Shown here one piece after another: positions 29,649 through 43,111 of a stretch of 64,000 bases of DNA. Source of the stretch: the human T2T-CHM13v2.0 reference genome, Homo sapiens; NCBI RefSeq assembly GCF_009914755.1, contig NC_060925.1; one strand, written 5' to 3'. Positions within the stretch are counted from its first letter, which is position 1. Every line of letters begins with the position of its first letter. The position numbers and the translations under genes were made by a program. The notes below the pieces were generated by a model, which ran no database searches, was not told the origin of the DNA, and saw nothing but the letters and a program-made list of their open reading frames with translations.

Positions 29649-30700
29649 ATTATATGCCAAGAAGGAGATGGGGCAGATGAGAGAGAAAATCTCTGTCATA
29701 AGGAGTTTCCCTTCTAGTGTGGGATTCAGATGATAAATTGACACATACACAAAACCATTTTGGATAGTGCCAGAATGTGAAGAAAATCAAGCAGCTAAAG
29801 GAAAGAGAGTCACCATATGATGGGTATGAAAGTAACTTTAGATAAGATGGTCAGAAGAAAGGGAGTGAGATACCGTAATGCTCTGAGGAACTGCTTTCAG
29901 GCAAGAGGACTGGCAAATGTGGAGGTGCTATGGGCAGGGAGAGGGCAGGGTCATTGAATGATTCCCAAGAGGGCCAGTGTGACTGGAGGATAAGGAGTGT
30001 AGGAGAGTGAGCAGCAAAGAACATCAGAGAGGGAGACAGAAGCCAGATAATGAAGGGCCTTATAGGCTTGGGTGGAAGTTTAATGGGAAAACAGTGGAGG
30101 GCTTTAAGTAGGAGAGTAACATGACATGTTGTAAAAGAGCACTTTGGCTACTTTTATGTGGAGCAGACTGGAGAGAGATCACAGTAGGAGGAGAGAGACC
30201 ATTTAGGAGACAATTATAGAGATGAGCATGGTTTGGGCTGGGTGCTGGGTGATGTGACATTTGCACTGTATTTTGAACGGGGAGCCAGCATAACTTCTTG
30301 GTGATTGGATGTTGGGGTGGGGAGCGGGCAGCAAAAATGAGGAGGCTGAGCAAAATCGTGGCTGGCTCTTAGATATTTGATCCAAGCAACTGAATGAATG
30401 TTAGTGCCATTCATTGAGTCGAAGAAGTAGATGTGGGGAGAAAACCAGGAGTTCTATTTTACCCATCTAAGCAGTAGGCAGTTGGATACTGTAGCTGATG
30501 CTTATGGAAGGGGTGCAGGCTGGGGAAATATATGTGTAAGTCATGGGAATATAATGAGAAGACAAAGTCCAGGAGGTGGATAAATCCTGAGTTTAGATAC
30601 AGATTCCACTACAGAAACTAGGTTTCAGGGTTTGGAACTCAAGAAGATGAGAGAGGGCCTGTGTGGAACATGAGAAAGTAGCAGCCAGACAGGCAGTTTC
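29649..30700 (-). mobile_element. L2a (3' end split by LTR8A)
   Basis: ttgagcacttatta|tatgcca 3' end, then gggccagtgtgactggag...gagaccatttaggaga...tgatccaagcaactgaatgaatg. Confidence 0.75.
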
Positions 30701-31079
30701 TGAGAGCTGAATAGGAGGAAATTAGAAAATTAAGCACTGGAGAGAATAATGGTTTAATCTCAGGCTAGGTTTAAAGCATTCAATGATGACAAACTAATAG
30801 TATGATAACCATAGCATAATCTTGCACAGTTACTACAGCTAACATTACTCATAGTGCCAAGTGCCCGTTGTCTCACAGCAGATGTTTTGGCAGCTGTCAA
30901 ATCACACCAAACAGGCAACAGCATTCACATAGTCTATAGAACTTGTCCCATTTCATATACAGACAGAAGCCTCCTGGAGTGATCAACTTCTTGGAGCCTA
31001 TCCAAAATCTGGGTCTCCTTTGCCTTATATGGGATTCTCTAGCAAGGAAGGGAGGGAGGAAGAGAGAGAAGAGGACAGA

Positions 31080-31275
31080 AACAAATGCCTATTGAGAGCT
31101 AAACATGTGCCAAGCACTATGCTATGCACTTTATATATTTTATCTCATTTTTACCCATTTTACAATCCCATGAGGATGATATTGCTAACCTACATTTATA
31201 GATTAGGAACTCTGTGCCCAGAAAGGGTAAGTAAATTATCCAAGGTCAAAAACTAAGTGGCAGAGTTGGCGTTGA
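31080..31275 (-). mobile_element. MIR
   Basis: tattgagagctaaacatgtgccaagcactatgcta...cccagaaagggtaagtaaattatccaaggtca. Confidence 0.75.
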
Positions 31276-32629
31276 TAAATTGATACCCATCACCCTGACT
31301 CCTGGCCCAATTTTATTCCCATGTTACCTCTTTAATGTACTTATCTCATAAGACCCATTTTCTAATATTTCTGCCTTGATGAAAGAGAGAGAGAAAGAGA
31401 TAAAACCTTTGATTTATTAGCAATGCAGTGGCAAATTTTGTTTTCCCATCCAGACTGTAGCTTGGGTGGCATTTATTTCCCTGGAATAGGTCCTTTGGGA
31501 CTGGGATAATTTAGTGAGTGACTTATATAAAAATATGCCTAGATTAGAGTAGGCTTGAGTCTCAATTTAATTATTTCACCTACAACATTGAAGAACTGTG
31601 AAGCTGTCACTATAAAATGCACTCTTTCTCACTTCAGTGCTATTCCTCACCTCCCACCAGAGCATTTTTGACAGGAGTAGGTCTATTTTAAAGTAACCAA
31701 CCTAAAATTTTAACAAGCCACAGTGTTCTAAGGGAAATTGTTAATATGAAAACTGAAGTTCGTCTTGAAAAACTCTGTAAGATACTTCATCATAATTTCT
31801 CATGAAATAAAAATTGGAAGCTTCTTAAGGGAATTGTGGAATGAGATTTCCCTTTGCAACAGAATGAGTGCCAAGTGGTATTAAAGATGATATTACCTTG
31901 TATTCCTGATGCTAGAGGAATAATACTATCTCTGGTGATAAGAAGAATGTAGGGACTCAAGAGGATGTTAATTAAATTTATTTATGTAACTCTTTGAAAT
32001 TCAGAAAGGCCAGAATGGAGCCAGGAAATCATCTAAGAAAGTTGGTTCAAGTTAAAAAAAATCAACTTAGAAAGCACAAGGTTGATTGTTTCAGTAGTGC
32101 CTGGGTTAGGAGACTCTTAGAGGGGAGACATGTAGAGAAGGAGATGAGTTAGAAGCAGGACTTTGATTAGATGGTAAATCTGGCTCCAGGATGGTGGGAT
32201 CCTATCTGATTTTTTCACTGCCTTATGTTTTTGCCACACAGTAAAAATTCATAACTAGTTATTTAATGAGTGAGGGAGGAATGCAGTTCTTTTGAGTAAA
32301 TACATTAATACAGCTGAAAATAAATCCACCTCATATGGGGAAATGTAGTCTTTTCCATCTGAAAAAAAGTGGTAGGAAGAGTTTTGACTTCTTCAGCACG
32401 TGGCCTGGCTGTTTTGGTGCCTCCACTGATTGAAGACTCCAAACTATTTGTCTAGTTCATTTCCCTGCACAGGGGTGCATCTCTGGTAATTGTGAGGATA
32501 AGGAAGGAAGGATTAAGAAAAGAACATAGAGACAGAGAAGAATTTCCCAATTCTGAATGCAAATGAGACAAAAGGCCTAAAGGGAATGTAGATCACGTGA
32601 CCCACCTTTGACTCTATAAACAGAATGTA

Positions 32630-32985
32630 CACTCAGGTCTTGCTTAACGACAGGGTTATGTTCTGGGAAATGCATCATTAGGCAGTTTTGTTATCATGGG
32701 ACCATTCCAGAGTGAACTTCCACAAAGGTAGATCATGTAGCCTACTGCACACCTTGGCTCTATGGTATGGCCAATTGCTCCTAGGCTATAAACCTATGCA
32801 GCACGTGACTGTACTGAATACTACAGCCAGCTGTAACACAATGGTAAGTATTTGAGTATCTAAACATAGAAACATATCTAAACATAGAAAAGGTGCAGTA
32901 AAAATACGGTATTATAATCTTATGTGATCACAGCCATATATGTGGCCCATTGCTGACCGAAACATCATTATGCGGCACGTGACTG
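32630..32985. mobile_element. Tigger3a/MER7A (TcMar-Tigger MITE)
   Basis: TA flanks; ctcctaggctataaacct...gtaacacaatggtaagtatttg...ctaaacatagaaaaggt...gaccgaaacatcattatgcggcacgtgactg. Confidence 0.88.
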
Positions 32986-35341
32986 TACTTTATCAGAGAT
33001 ACTAATTCACTAAAATTGAACCTGAAATATTATAAAATGAAGTAAAATATATTGGATAACAGAGACTTTAAGTAATACCTTTTAGCATTTAAAAATCAAG
33101 TATTTCCAGCCCGTTTAAATATCCCTTTGTAAGATATGAAAAAATCATTTACTAAAATTAAATGGGAATAATTCTAAATTTATCCTTAACCACCTCTTTT
33201 CTATTTGCCCATTCTGCCAAGATTCATGCCTGAATAATGGCCTAAGTGGGAAATAAAAGAAATGATGCTGTTAAGTGTTCCAGAATTAAATTATTGTTCA
33301 GAATGAGGTCATTTTATTTAATTTCACATTTTTTTTCCTAAAGACTAGGTGTTAACAGTTGCCATCTCATTCTTTTAATGTCACTAATTTCATTTTTAGC
33401 CCCTGGTTTAAAAAATGCTGGGAGATAATATTTAAAAATTGATGACTATTTGTCTACTGTCTGTTGAAAGTTGTGCTTTAAATGTTACTGAATCACCATT
33501 CCAGATGGTGCTGCAGGTAAAGGCTAAAGTTTTCTTTAGGCACAACTCTAAAGAAAGTTGTTTGGATGCTGTCATAGTTTCTGAGTTAGTACTTTATTTC
33601 TCCTCTGGACACTTGGGAGCCTCTGAAGTTTCAAGATCTGTTTTTTCTGGGTTCCATTTCTATATATCTTATTCTTTCCTAGCTAACAAGGATCCTAGAG
33701 AAGTTATTTAGTAGAATTAGTAGAAATGATTTGCCTTCCTGGAAGAATTGCATTTTTTGCAAGGTTCTTTCAAAACAAAGGCAAAATAATTGAATGTCGT
33801 CATTTAAGTGACTGTGTAAGTTGCTGCTCTCTTCTCTGTTGCTCTTTAAAATTCTATCATAGTATGAACAAAGCCCATATTCCATGGGCCCCCTTTAGCA
33901 GGAGAAAAGATGGGCCAGCATTGTTTAAAGAAAAATAACAAAGTTTTATGATGGAAAGATACAGAATTGGGGAGATATTTTTTGAGCAGGAGGACTTACC
34001 TTGAACTTCTCAGGCAGCCTTTTGGCAAAGAAATCCATAAAGATGGATGGGAATGAGAGTAAATAAATCTATATTTTCGTTTTAAAGTTCACTTCAGACA
34101 CTGTTGAAAAAAATGACAGATTGGGGTCCCACAGGAAAACTCATCAACAGTATCAACCTGCCTTCATTTAACCAACATGCCACATTTTAGGTTTGCTTTT
34201 AGAAGGGAAAATACTGGAGTTGGTGATGTTTGAAGCCAAACATTTTAAGTTAATTTGTTTCAGGAAAAGAAATACCAATTTCTCACCAAGGTTTGAATCT
34301 TCAACAATGCAATGAAGTATCAGGACCTTTATTTCCTTAGTTTTTATTGATACCCTAAAATCTTAAGTCAATTATTTTCTATTATTCTCTCTAATATCAC
34401 TAAGGAGGGAGTTCCTGATGACCTTCTGCCACCACTCCCAGGGGTAACCCTGCTCAGATGCCCCAGATATGGCTTGTTTCAGATGGGGCTCATAGAATTC
34501 ACAAAAATGACCAAAGAGGGTAGCAGCCTGTATAAGCAAAGACATTTTCCTTTTTAAAAATCCACATTAATTTAAATAGTTAGTACCCTAAACATCATTG
34601 GATGGTGCTTTAGTATCTCAGACTACCAAAGTTTGTAGATACAAAGTCCGATTCAGTCTAGGTGAAAATGAATTTCTTCTAGCCTGGTTTAAACGTCCTA
34701 TCTTTGCATAGGACATTTTCTTTCCTCATTCAAATTGAAATTGGAGTTAATTTTTAAAAAATTGAATAAATGCTCTCAAGTGTGTCTCCCACCATTTCTT
34801 TTGGGACCAGCTGGTAGCTGTCCTGAGAAAAAGGAGGGAATAGAGGAGGGATTATAATGTAATCATTATTGTTGCCTAAACTAAAAAAACTGTTCTTGGT
34901 CCATGAACAGTTTAGTATTTGGACAAAGACAAACAGTGCTGTTTTGCCTGTTGGAAAAAATAAATGATAAAAGAAAGCAAACCAATATTTATCAGGGAGG
35001 ATTGCTTAAATTTGTGGGAATCAGCAGCTTTGAAATTTTGAGTAATCTGTTTACAGCATCAATTTTAGTGAAATGGGGCAAAAACTCTTGTGCTATTTAT
35101 TTTGTTTATTTAGACACTTTGAGGTATTCTGATTCTTGGTATTATTTACATACGTGACCCCTTATGGATAACCCTCTCTTTTTATTAGTAAAATAGTACT
35201 TTAAAAAGAAATTATAGTATGTTTGTATAATGAAGGCTCTTTTCCACATACTTAATATGCTCAGCTTAGTGACATCTAATGAATGCCAGTGGCTGTATTA
35301 GTCAGGGTTTTCCAGTGAAACACAACCAATAGGATACTTAG

Positions 35342-35729
35342 TGATATGGTCTGGGTCTGCGTCCCTGCCCAAATCTCATGTCAAATTGTAATCCTAGGTG
35401 TTGAAGGTGGGGCATGGTGGAAGGTGACTGGATCCTGGGGGCAGATTTCCCCCTCGGTGTTGCTCTTGTAAAGTGAGTGAGTGCTCATGAGATTTGGTTG
35501 TTTATAAGTGTGTGGCACCACCCCCTTCTCTCTCTTCCTCCTACTCTGGCCACATAATAAAATGTGCCTTCTTCCCTTTCGCTTTCTGCTATGATTGTAA
35601 GCTTCCCGAAGCCTCCCTAGCCATACTTCCTGTAAAGCCTGAAGAACCAGGAGCCAATTAAACCCCTTTCTTTATAAATTACCCAGTCTCAGGTATTACT
35701 TTATAGCAGTGTGAGATTGCTCTGATACA
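35342..35729 (+). mobile_element. MaLR solo LTR MSTA
   Basis: tgatatgg...ctgataca; TSD cttag/cttat; aattaaacc...ataaattacccagtctcaggtat. Confidence 0.88.
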
Positions 35730-36072
35730 CTTATAGATGTATAAGAGATTTATTATGGGAATTGGCTTACCCAATTGTGGAGGCCATGAGGTCTCACAAT
35801 GTGCCCTCTGTAGATTGGAGAACCAGGAAACCTGGTGGTATAATTCAGTCTGAGTCTGAAAGCCTGAGAGCCATGGAAACCAATGGTGCAAGTCCTGGAG
35901 TCTACAGGCCTGAGAACCAGGAGCTCCGTTGGCCAAGAGCAGGAGAAGATGTGTGTCCCAGCTCCAGAGGAAAGAGAGAATTTGCCCTCCTCCCTTTTTA
36001 TTGCTTAATGTGGGCTCCAGTAGGTTGGATGATGCCTGCCTACTTTAATTAGGGTGGATCTTCTGTACTCAG

Positions 36073-36266
36073 TCCACATACTTAATATGCTCAGCTTAGT
36101 GACATCTAATGAATGCCAGTGGCTATATTAGTCAGGGTTTTCCAGTGAAACACAACCAATAGGATACTTAGTGATATGGTTTGGGTCTGCGTCCCTGCCC
36201 AAATCTCATGTCAAATTGTAATCTTAGGTGTGGAGGTGGGGCCTGGTGGAAGGTGACTGGATCCTG
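36073..36266 (+). repeat. Direct copy of 35243-35437 (templated insertion)
   Basis: 194/195-bp copies differing by 5 substitutions and 1 indel. Confidence 0.95.
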
Positions 36267-37293
36267 ACTCCAATACTACTGACTCCAATACTAATCCCCT
36301 CCAGAAACACCCTCACGGATGCACCCAGAAAGAATGTTCAACTAGCTATCTGGGCATCCCTTAACCCAGTCCAACTGACACATAAAATTAAGCATCACAC
36401 TGGCTAACTACAATTGAGAAGAGTGAATATTCAGCGCATCACTCCTAGGGATTCTCTCACTTGGCCTTTTGCATGCATTGCCCATGTTACTCAGTCCTCT
36501 GCTTGTGCCACCAGAGAGATATACCTTGAAGAGGAAACTCAACATTGTTTTGTGGTAGGAAGTGAATTTCAGAGTTGTGATCTTAGACTGCTAATCAGAT
36601 CTTGAGATATTCAAGTGATTCATAGTCTCAAAATCACGGGAAAATGAGTAAAATGAGTTATAGGTCTTAGAATTTCTGACACTTCACGTTAATTACTAAA
36701 TCCACCCTCTCCCTAGATTCTCCACCTTTAACACACTTTTTAATCTCCCTCAACATTGTCTAATTGTTTCAAAAATACACTGTTAAAACATCACACTCTT
36801 GACATTCTTTAGTCCTGCTTTGCAAACAGGTATTATGATTATCTGCTACAGGTCTCAGTGAAATCTCAAGAGGATTTAGCTATGAAACAGTTTTAAATTT
36901 CAACTGAGAAATTAATAAAATACGTCAGTTTAGCAAAATTATACTAATTTTTCTTTCTGTTTTACAATTGTGGACTTCTCTTATACCACCAGGGGCAATA
37001 AGGTATTGGCTGAAGGGCCAAACATAACTACTAGGGTAAAAATAACTAATTAGGGAGACCAAAGGGGTAGATGGTAGGGAAAAGAGAGACCACATAATAA
37101 TCACTTTTAAATCTATGGCTTTATGTAAAAGATTCTACTATATAATAATATTTAACTTGAAAAACATGGCTTTTCAGATTTTTATTTTTATGCACTAATA
37201 AAAGACTTGCAAATGATGAGATTACATGCACAATCAGCATGAATAATTTCCATTAATATCAAGGGCTAATATCTGCCCTCAATTAACATATGT

Positions 37294-37445
37294 AATTCTC
37301 TCAGGAAGTAATGTACCAGCCTTTGCCCTTAAAGATGTTTAAATAAGTTTTGTGAGTGAATATCCTATATAAATTTCCTCAGGAAGTAATGTGCCAGTTT
37401 TTGCCCTTAGACATTATATAAATTTTGTGAATGAATATCTTAGAA
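37294..37445. repeat. Diverged tandem duplication, period ~78 bp
   Basis: ctcaggaagtaatgt...tttgccctta...ttttgtga(g/a)tgaatatc occurs twice. Confidence 0.85.
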
Positions 37446-39089
37446 CATAGTTTGAAATTTTATTTAAACTTTAATTGGAAAAGCATAATATATAAAAATA
37501 AAAAAGGTGTGAAAAAGATATTAAAAATTGAACGGTTTAGCTTTTGCTAACAAAATTTTGAATGTAGAGCTGTTGGATTAATTACTTACAGGATTATATG
37601 CTAAACTGTCAACTTGAAATGCTAAACTGTAAATTCCTGAACAGAGAATAATTATTTTCACTGAATAATCTGTACAGCACCATTCCAAAAATATGACAGT
37701 ATTACCAATATCTTGAAAATATATTGTTATAGTATAGTGGTTATAAAATGGAAACAGAATGAGTCCAGGTACAAGTATAAATTTAAATATGAAACTAACT
37801 TCAATTGCTTATGCTGATATGAAGCATTCTGAAAAATGTATTTGCCCTTAAAAAAACTTATCTGGATCTCTGGGAATGAAAAATTCTAAATCTCTTTCAA
37901 ATATACCTGAGTTTAAAATATTATTTGAATATCTGAGTTTTTCTAGTATAAATTAATCATGATAAGATTAATAATTTATTATGTCTATAAATCTACTTAT
38001 TCCAAATGAAGAAAGATTTTATTAAGTCAGAATATTGCTTATATTTGAAGAGTTGGAAGATATAACAGTTAACCAACCAGTGGTATGCTATGTTAGAATC
38101 AGAATGTCTACATGAAAATTGTCTTCCAATTATTTTGTCTACATGGCAAAACCAAACAACAAAATACTAAGACACCATAAGATATGATTGATGCTTATGT
38201 TTTAATCTTAGCATATTTATTTTTAAGTAAACAAACTTTTATTATCTGGATTGTTATATATATTCATTACATATATGTGCCATTTTAATCAACGAACATT
38301 GTCTTTAACATTTGCTTATTCTATTTTTCTCTTTCTATAGGAATAATCAGATCTTTTCTATGAAAACAAAATTGTTTCGTTTTCGCTTATCATTTCTGCT
38401 AAAAGGTTCTTAGAATGGGACTTTGAAAAATTTTTTTCCTGGATGTTTAAAATATGCTGTTTATTTAAAATTCTATTAAAATAAATATAAAGTAGCGATA
38501 TAAATGATATGAAAGTATTATTTTTACATGCCAGTATATCTTTTATTACGGAAAAGTGATCAGGTATTTGTAGAACTTCACATAAGGAGGAAACCGTTCA
38601 GTAGGTCTGAAGTAGGAAACTTACATAGAGTAATCAATGTTCTGTTAATCAGAAGGCTTATCCAATTGTTCCAGGAATAAATCACATCACTAAATGATCT
38701 GTATGTCCATGATTAGCACAAGGGTGTTGGGTGAGTGATATTGAAATGGCTGCTTTTTATTTCTATTCCATCATCTAATCTGGGAATGAGAACATGTCTA
38801 TCAGTCATGGGGTAATCCATTTATTAGATACTCTGCTCTGGGAAAACCTTTGTCCAATTTCTATTTATGATCCCAATGCTCATCACACAAGTGATTCCCC
38901 CCTTCCCTTCTTGGGGGTGGAAATGAATAGCATTAGCAAATTGTTACTGATGTCTGTTGTTCTTAAATAATTCACACTGAGATCTGTAGCTTTTACAGAA
39001 AAGTAAGTACATCTATTAGAACAAAGGGAATACAAAATGCTTGTTTGTCATTTGGGATTCTGAATACTGATACATTTCTGATGAATTTC

Positions 39090-40910
39090 TAAATTAATAC
39101 TGGTGGGCTAAATGCCATAACAAACAACTATCAAATCTGATAGGTTTAACAATGAAATATAACAAAATGCTTGTTGTTTTCTCAAATTTTAGTCCAGCGT
39201 AAATGGGTGGGGGAGCTTTGCTATATGCAGTTTTAAGGGGTACTTTTTATTTTGTGATGCCTCTGTCTTTATGACACACCATCCAAGGTTGCCGCAGAAG
39301 AGGAAGAGGATAGAGATCATGGGATTTTGATGGGACAGACTTGGACAGGCATACATCTTTTCTGCTCACATATACTACCTAGAATTTAGTCACATGGCCA
39401 TCCTATTTGCAAGTAAAGCTGAAGACATAGTATAACTGCATGAAAAAGGAGAAGAGAAATATGTTTGATAAACATTCAGGTAGGTTCTGCCAAATCTACC
39501 CTTCAGATCATTAAATAGCTCTTTCATTCTTATTTCCACACATAGAACACAATCAACATCTCTTTACGGGGAACAAACCCCAGATTGTCACTTAATCATC
39601 TCATCCAGATCAAAGTCTATGTCCATCAGATACAGAATTGGCTGCTTCAGGTGTGGTATGAAAGCAAACGATTAGGATATCAGTTCCCCCTCCCCAATCC
39701 TCTCAACAGTGGAACAGGTGTAGGATAACTGAAATAAAAACTCTCATTCCAAAGAAGTACTGGTCTAACTGGTCTATAGTCTTTCTGCAGTCCTGTGATT
39801 TTGTGAGGCAGGTCTTGTAAGTGAGAGCATTGCTCTGATTGGACACTGGCTCAAGAGGAACTACCTGATTTTCTTTGCTTTTGTTTCTTTGTTTTTCATT
39901 TTGTTGTGTTGTCTCCTAGCTCTGCCATCTGAGGGTGGAGTGAGTTTTTTTGTTTTTGTTTTTCTTGTTTATCATCATCTTTGGACACATGTGAAGTGAT
40001 AATTGGAGAATATTCCCTCTTAGGGACTGTATAGATTTTGCAACTTATTTCCCATTTGTAGAGGGTTGGAGTGTAAGAGTTGTTTTTAACCCTGGAATAG
40101 TCTTAAGTTTTTGGTTTCTTGTTTTTTGGGGGTTTTTAAATACAGCTTTCTTGTTTTCTTTCAAATATAATTCCCTGAGAAAACTCCTTACCTATTTGCT
40201 TCTAGTCAGTTACATTACAGTAACCACACCTAATGTTCATTCCTAGACCCAGCTCTCTAATAGCTGGCCTCCTTTTCTTCCTCCTCCCTCCTTTCCTTCC
40301 CTTCCCTTCTGCTTCCCAGCCCTCCCCTTCTCTTCCCCGTTCTTCTCTTCCTTTCTCCTCTTCCTCTCTCTATTTTTCTTTCTCTTTCTCCATCTCACCT
40401 CGTCTTTCCCTTTCTGTTTTATTGCCTCCTTATTTCTTTTTCTAAATGTAATAGTGGCTACCCCAGGGCTATTAGGCCAGAACGGGAGGTTCACCCTTCA
40501 TCTAATCTTTGCTTGAGTCACTGAATTCAGCTGAGAAGCTTTATTGGACCTTTGCCTCTGAAAGTCTTTTAAAATCTCATCTCTTACTGTTTCAAATTCA
40601 GAAGCAGCTTTTCCAGTCCTTCAAAGATCAAAATTCTGGACTCTTACTCTCTTTTATTTCTGCTTGTGTATTATCTGATTCTTCATGAACTTATCCTTTT
40701 CTCTTAATAATTAGCCAAACAGCCAAAAGTAGGAAACACGGCATATCATTTCCCTCCCAAGTTACTTCTACTAAATATTTGACAATGTGTAACATGGATT
40801 ATGATTGTTCCAGCCTCTGATATCAATTTCTTTACTACTCACCACCTGTTGCCTCCCACCCAACCACTCAGCCAGTGCCACATATTTACGTTATGAAGGC
40901 AACACTCTCC
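39090..40910 (-). mobile_element. MLT1 (I/J-type) LTR plus MaLR internal sequence
   Basis: LTR motifs (tctgctcacat...ttagtcacatggcca) to ~39495, then MaLR-int-like sequence ending cagtgccacatattt...ggcaacac. Confidence 0.55.
40268..40442. repeat. CT-rich polypyrimidine low-complexity tract
   Basis: ~175 bp almost exclusively C/T on the plus strand. Confidence 0.9.
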
Positions 40911-41849
40911 TTCAAGAGAAGTAAAGCATTTGGGCATAGGATCTTTCCGTGGCTAACTACTTTTGTCCCAGGAGAAGTGATAAAAGGAGTCTCAATACCT
41001 TCCTCTCGAGGCAGTTGCCCAATTGTTGGCAAGACCCCTTTCTTACCTGCTTCAACAGTGGTGTTTCCAGATATGCATATATTTCCAAAAACAAAACACA
41101 ACAAAGACAAGTAGACAGCCAAAATCTTTGTAGTGCAGTCTGGAACTTCAAAAAGTCATTTCCTTAGATAGAGAATAAAGGGGCAGTAGAAAAATCTTTT
41201 TGACTGATCTTTTCCTTTTGGCACTTAAAATTTCCCTTTCGTTGCTTAATTTAAAAGAAACAAATTAGGTTTTGCCCAGAAAAGGGAATTATACTTGATT
41301 GTTTCAAGGCTTTAAAGCATATAGATTTATTTCTTTAAAAAGAAGAAAGAAAAAAAGGAAATAAGGAGTATATTTATTTTCTTACATGATTTTATATCTT
41401 GAACAAGTTGAGATGGAACTCTCTCAATTCACTGGGAGATGAAATTTTTTTTGGAAGGAAAGGTACAGCCATAATTATTTTAAAATTGGCAGGACATTTA
41501 ATTAGAACAGAAAGCAAGATAATGCCACTATGAAGAGGAATTGGGAGCTGGCAGCAAACCTGCTCCTTGGACAGCACTCACAGCTGGTCCAGTTTTGGTC
41601 CTGCCGGGGTCATTCAACCCTGTGGACACAGCATGAAGATCGAAAAGAGCTGATAACAGATCTCAATTCAGGAGAGTAGTCAACAAGGATGAATCAAAGA
41701 TGAGACTGTTGGGTGTCCAGTCATAGAGAAAGGGCATGGCAGTGACTAATCTCAGAAATGCAGGAAGGCAGTGTGAGGATACTGTGGTGGGAATTCTGGT
41801 GCAAGGTTATGGACCCTAGAAAGGGGGCATGATGTTTAAGAACATCAGT

Positions 41850-42500
41850 AAATGATTCCAAAGTTTGAAAGTTGGGGATCATCTTTGATTTAACTCTGTC
41901 TCCCACTCTACAAACCATGAATCACAGACTCAGTCTATCCTAGTTCTGAACTTCCCTTCTTTCAAATATGTTGTATTTTCATTATCCCTGGTGCACATCA
42001 GAGCTATTTAATGGTTTTCTCTGCATTTGTTTTGTGAACATCTAAATCATTCTCCAACATACAGGGTAGAATATTAAAACTTTAAATCTCTTTATGTATC
42101 TTACCATCTTAGGATTCTACAAAGTTTTTTTCATGTTTCTTGAATCAAAATATCTAAGTTCCTAATATGGCTTTTTTTAAGGATCCATGATCTGTCCTTT
42201 TCCTTCCCCTGCAGCTTACCTGTACCCATTTCCATGTTCCGTCTACCTAGGTGGGGTTGGATACCTTTTAGTGCCTCGGAAGTACCTTCCTTCCTCCATG
42301 CTACTTCCCTAGAGACTTCACACTTGCTCTTGCCTCTGCTTGGAACATTTTAAAATCCTTTTCCCTCTCTCCTTCTTTTCTTCATAACACCAATCATACT
42401 TGTTTAACATGAGGAGAAACATCCTCTTTGTCTTCTTGGCTATTGATTGTCCCCAGAGTCCTTCATAGTGCTTGGCATATTGATATATTTTATTGTTAAT
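41850..42500 (+). mobile_element. L2 fragment
   Basis: ggggatcatctttgat..., ctctgcttggaaca..., tccccagagtccttcatagtgcttggcata. Confidence 0.5.
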
Positions 42501-42777
42501 TTTTAAATACTGTTATTTTTGGATGGTTGAAATAAAGAGTGATGGAATTACAAAGGACTATGCAGGACTTATAATACCACCTTACATTACAGAATTGAAA
42601 TGAACAGTTGGATACTATTCAGAAGTGTATTGATTAGGACAATTTTACTTAAATAGACAGGGTAAAGATAATCACTACTGAAAAAAATCTTCCTTTGCAC
42701 AGCTAAATCAAAACTAATTGAAAGTAGACTTCTTGGGTAGCTTCATTAATTCATTAAGTCCCTATGTTGCCTATGAC

Positions 42778-43060
42778 TGTTACGTCAGGACTGTGAAGGG
42801 TCTGAGATTTTACCCTATTAGAAATCTAATCAGTTAGCCTGACACAGTTTTACACACATTGACTAATGAAAAACATGAGGTTGCTGAGTCAGAGTTTATT
42901 ATTCATGGCAAAATAGCAGCCAGGGCAATATCTTGTGTTGGTTCCCTGAGCTCCAGTCCCCACAGAAAGATGCACTGAAGACCAGATGGTACCTGCATAC
43001 ACAGTAGAAAGGTGGAGGTAGAAGTTTAGGAACTCGGATCTTAAGTAGGACTGCTGATGA

Positions 43061-43111
<51 letters not shown>

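Larger units (their letters stand above)
35294..36399 (-). mobile_element. ERVL LTR MLT2 (B/C-type) containing a nested MSTA and a templated insertion
   Basis: tgtattagtcaggg...cataaaattaagcatcaca; TSD gtggc/ctggc. Confidence 0.85.

Noticed and set aside
36986-36997. CTCF-like ccaccaggggca
   Set aside because: One base short of the CCASYAGRKGGC core spacing; no other support
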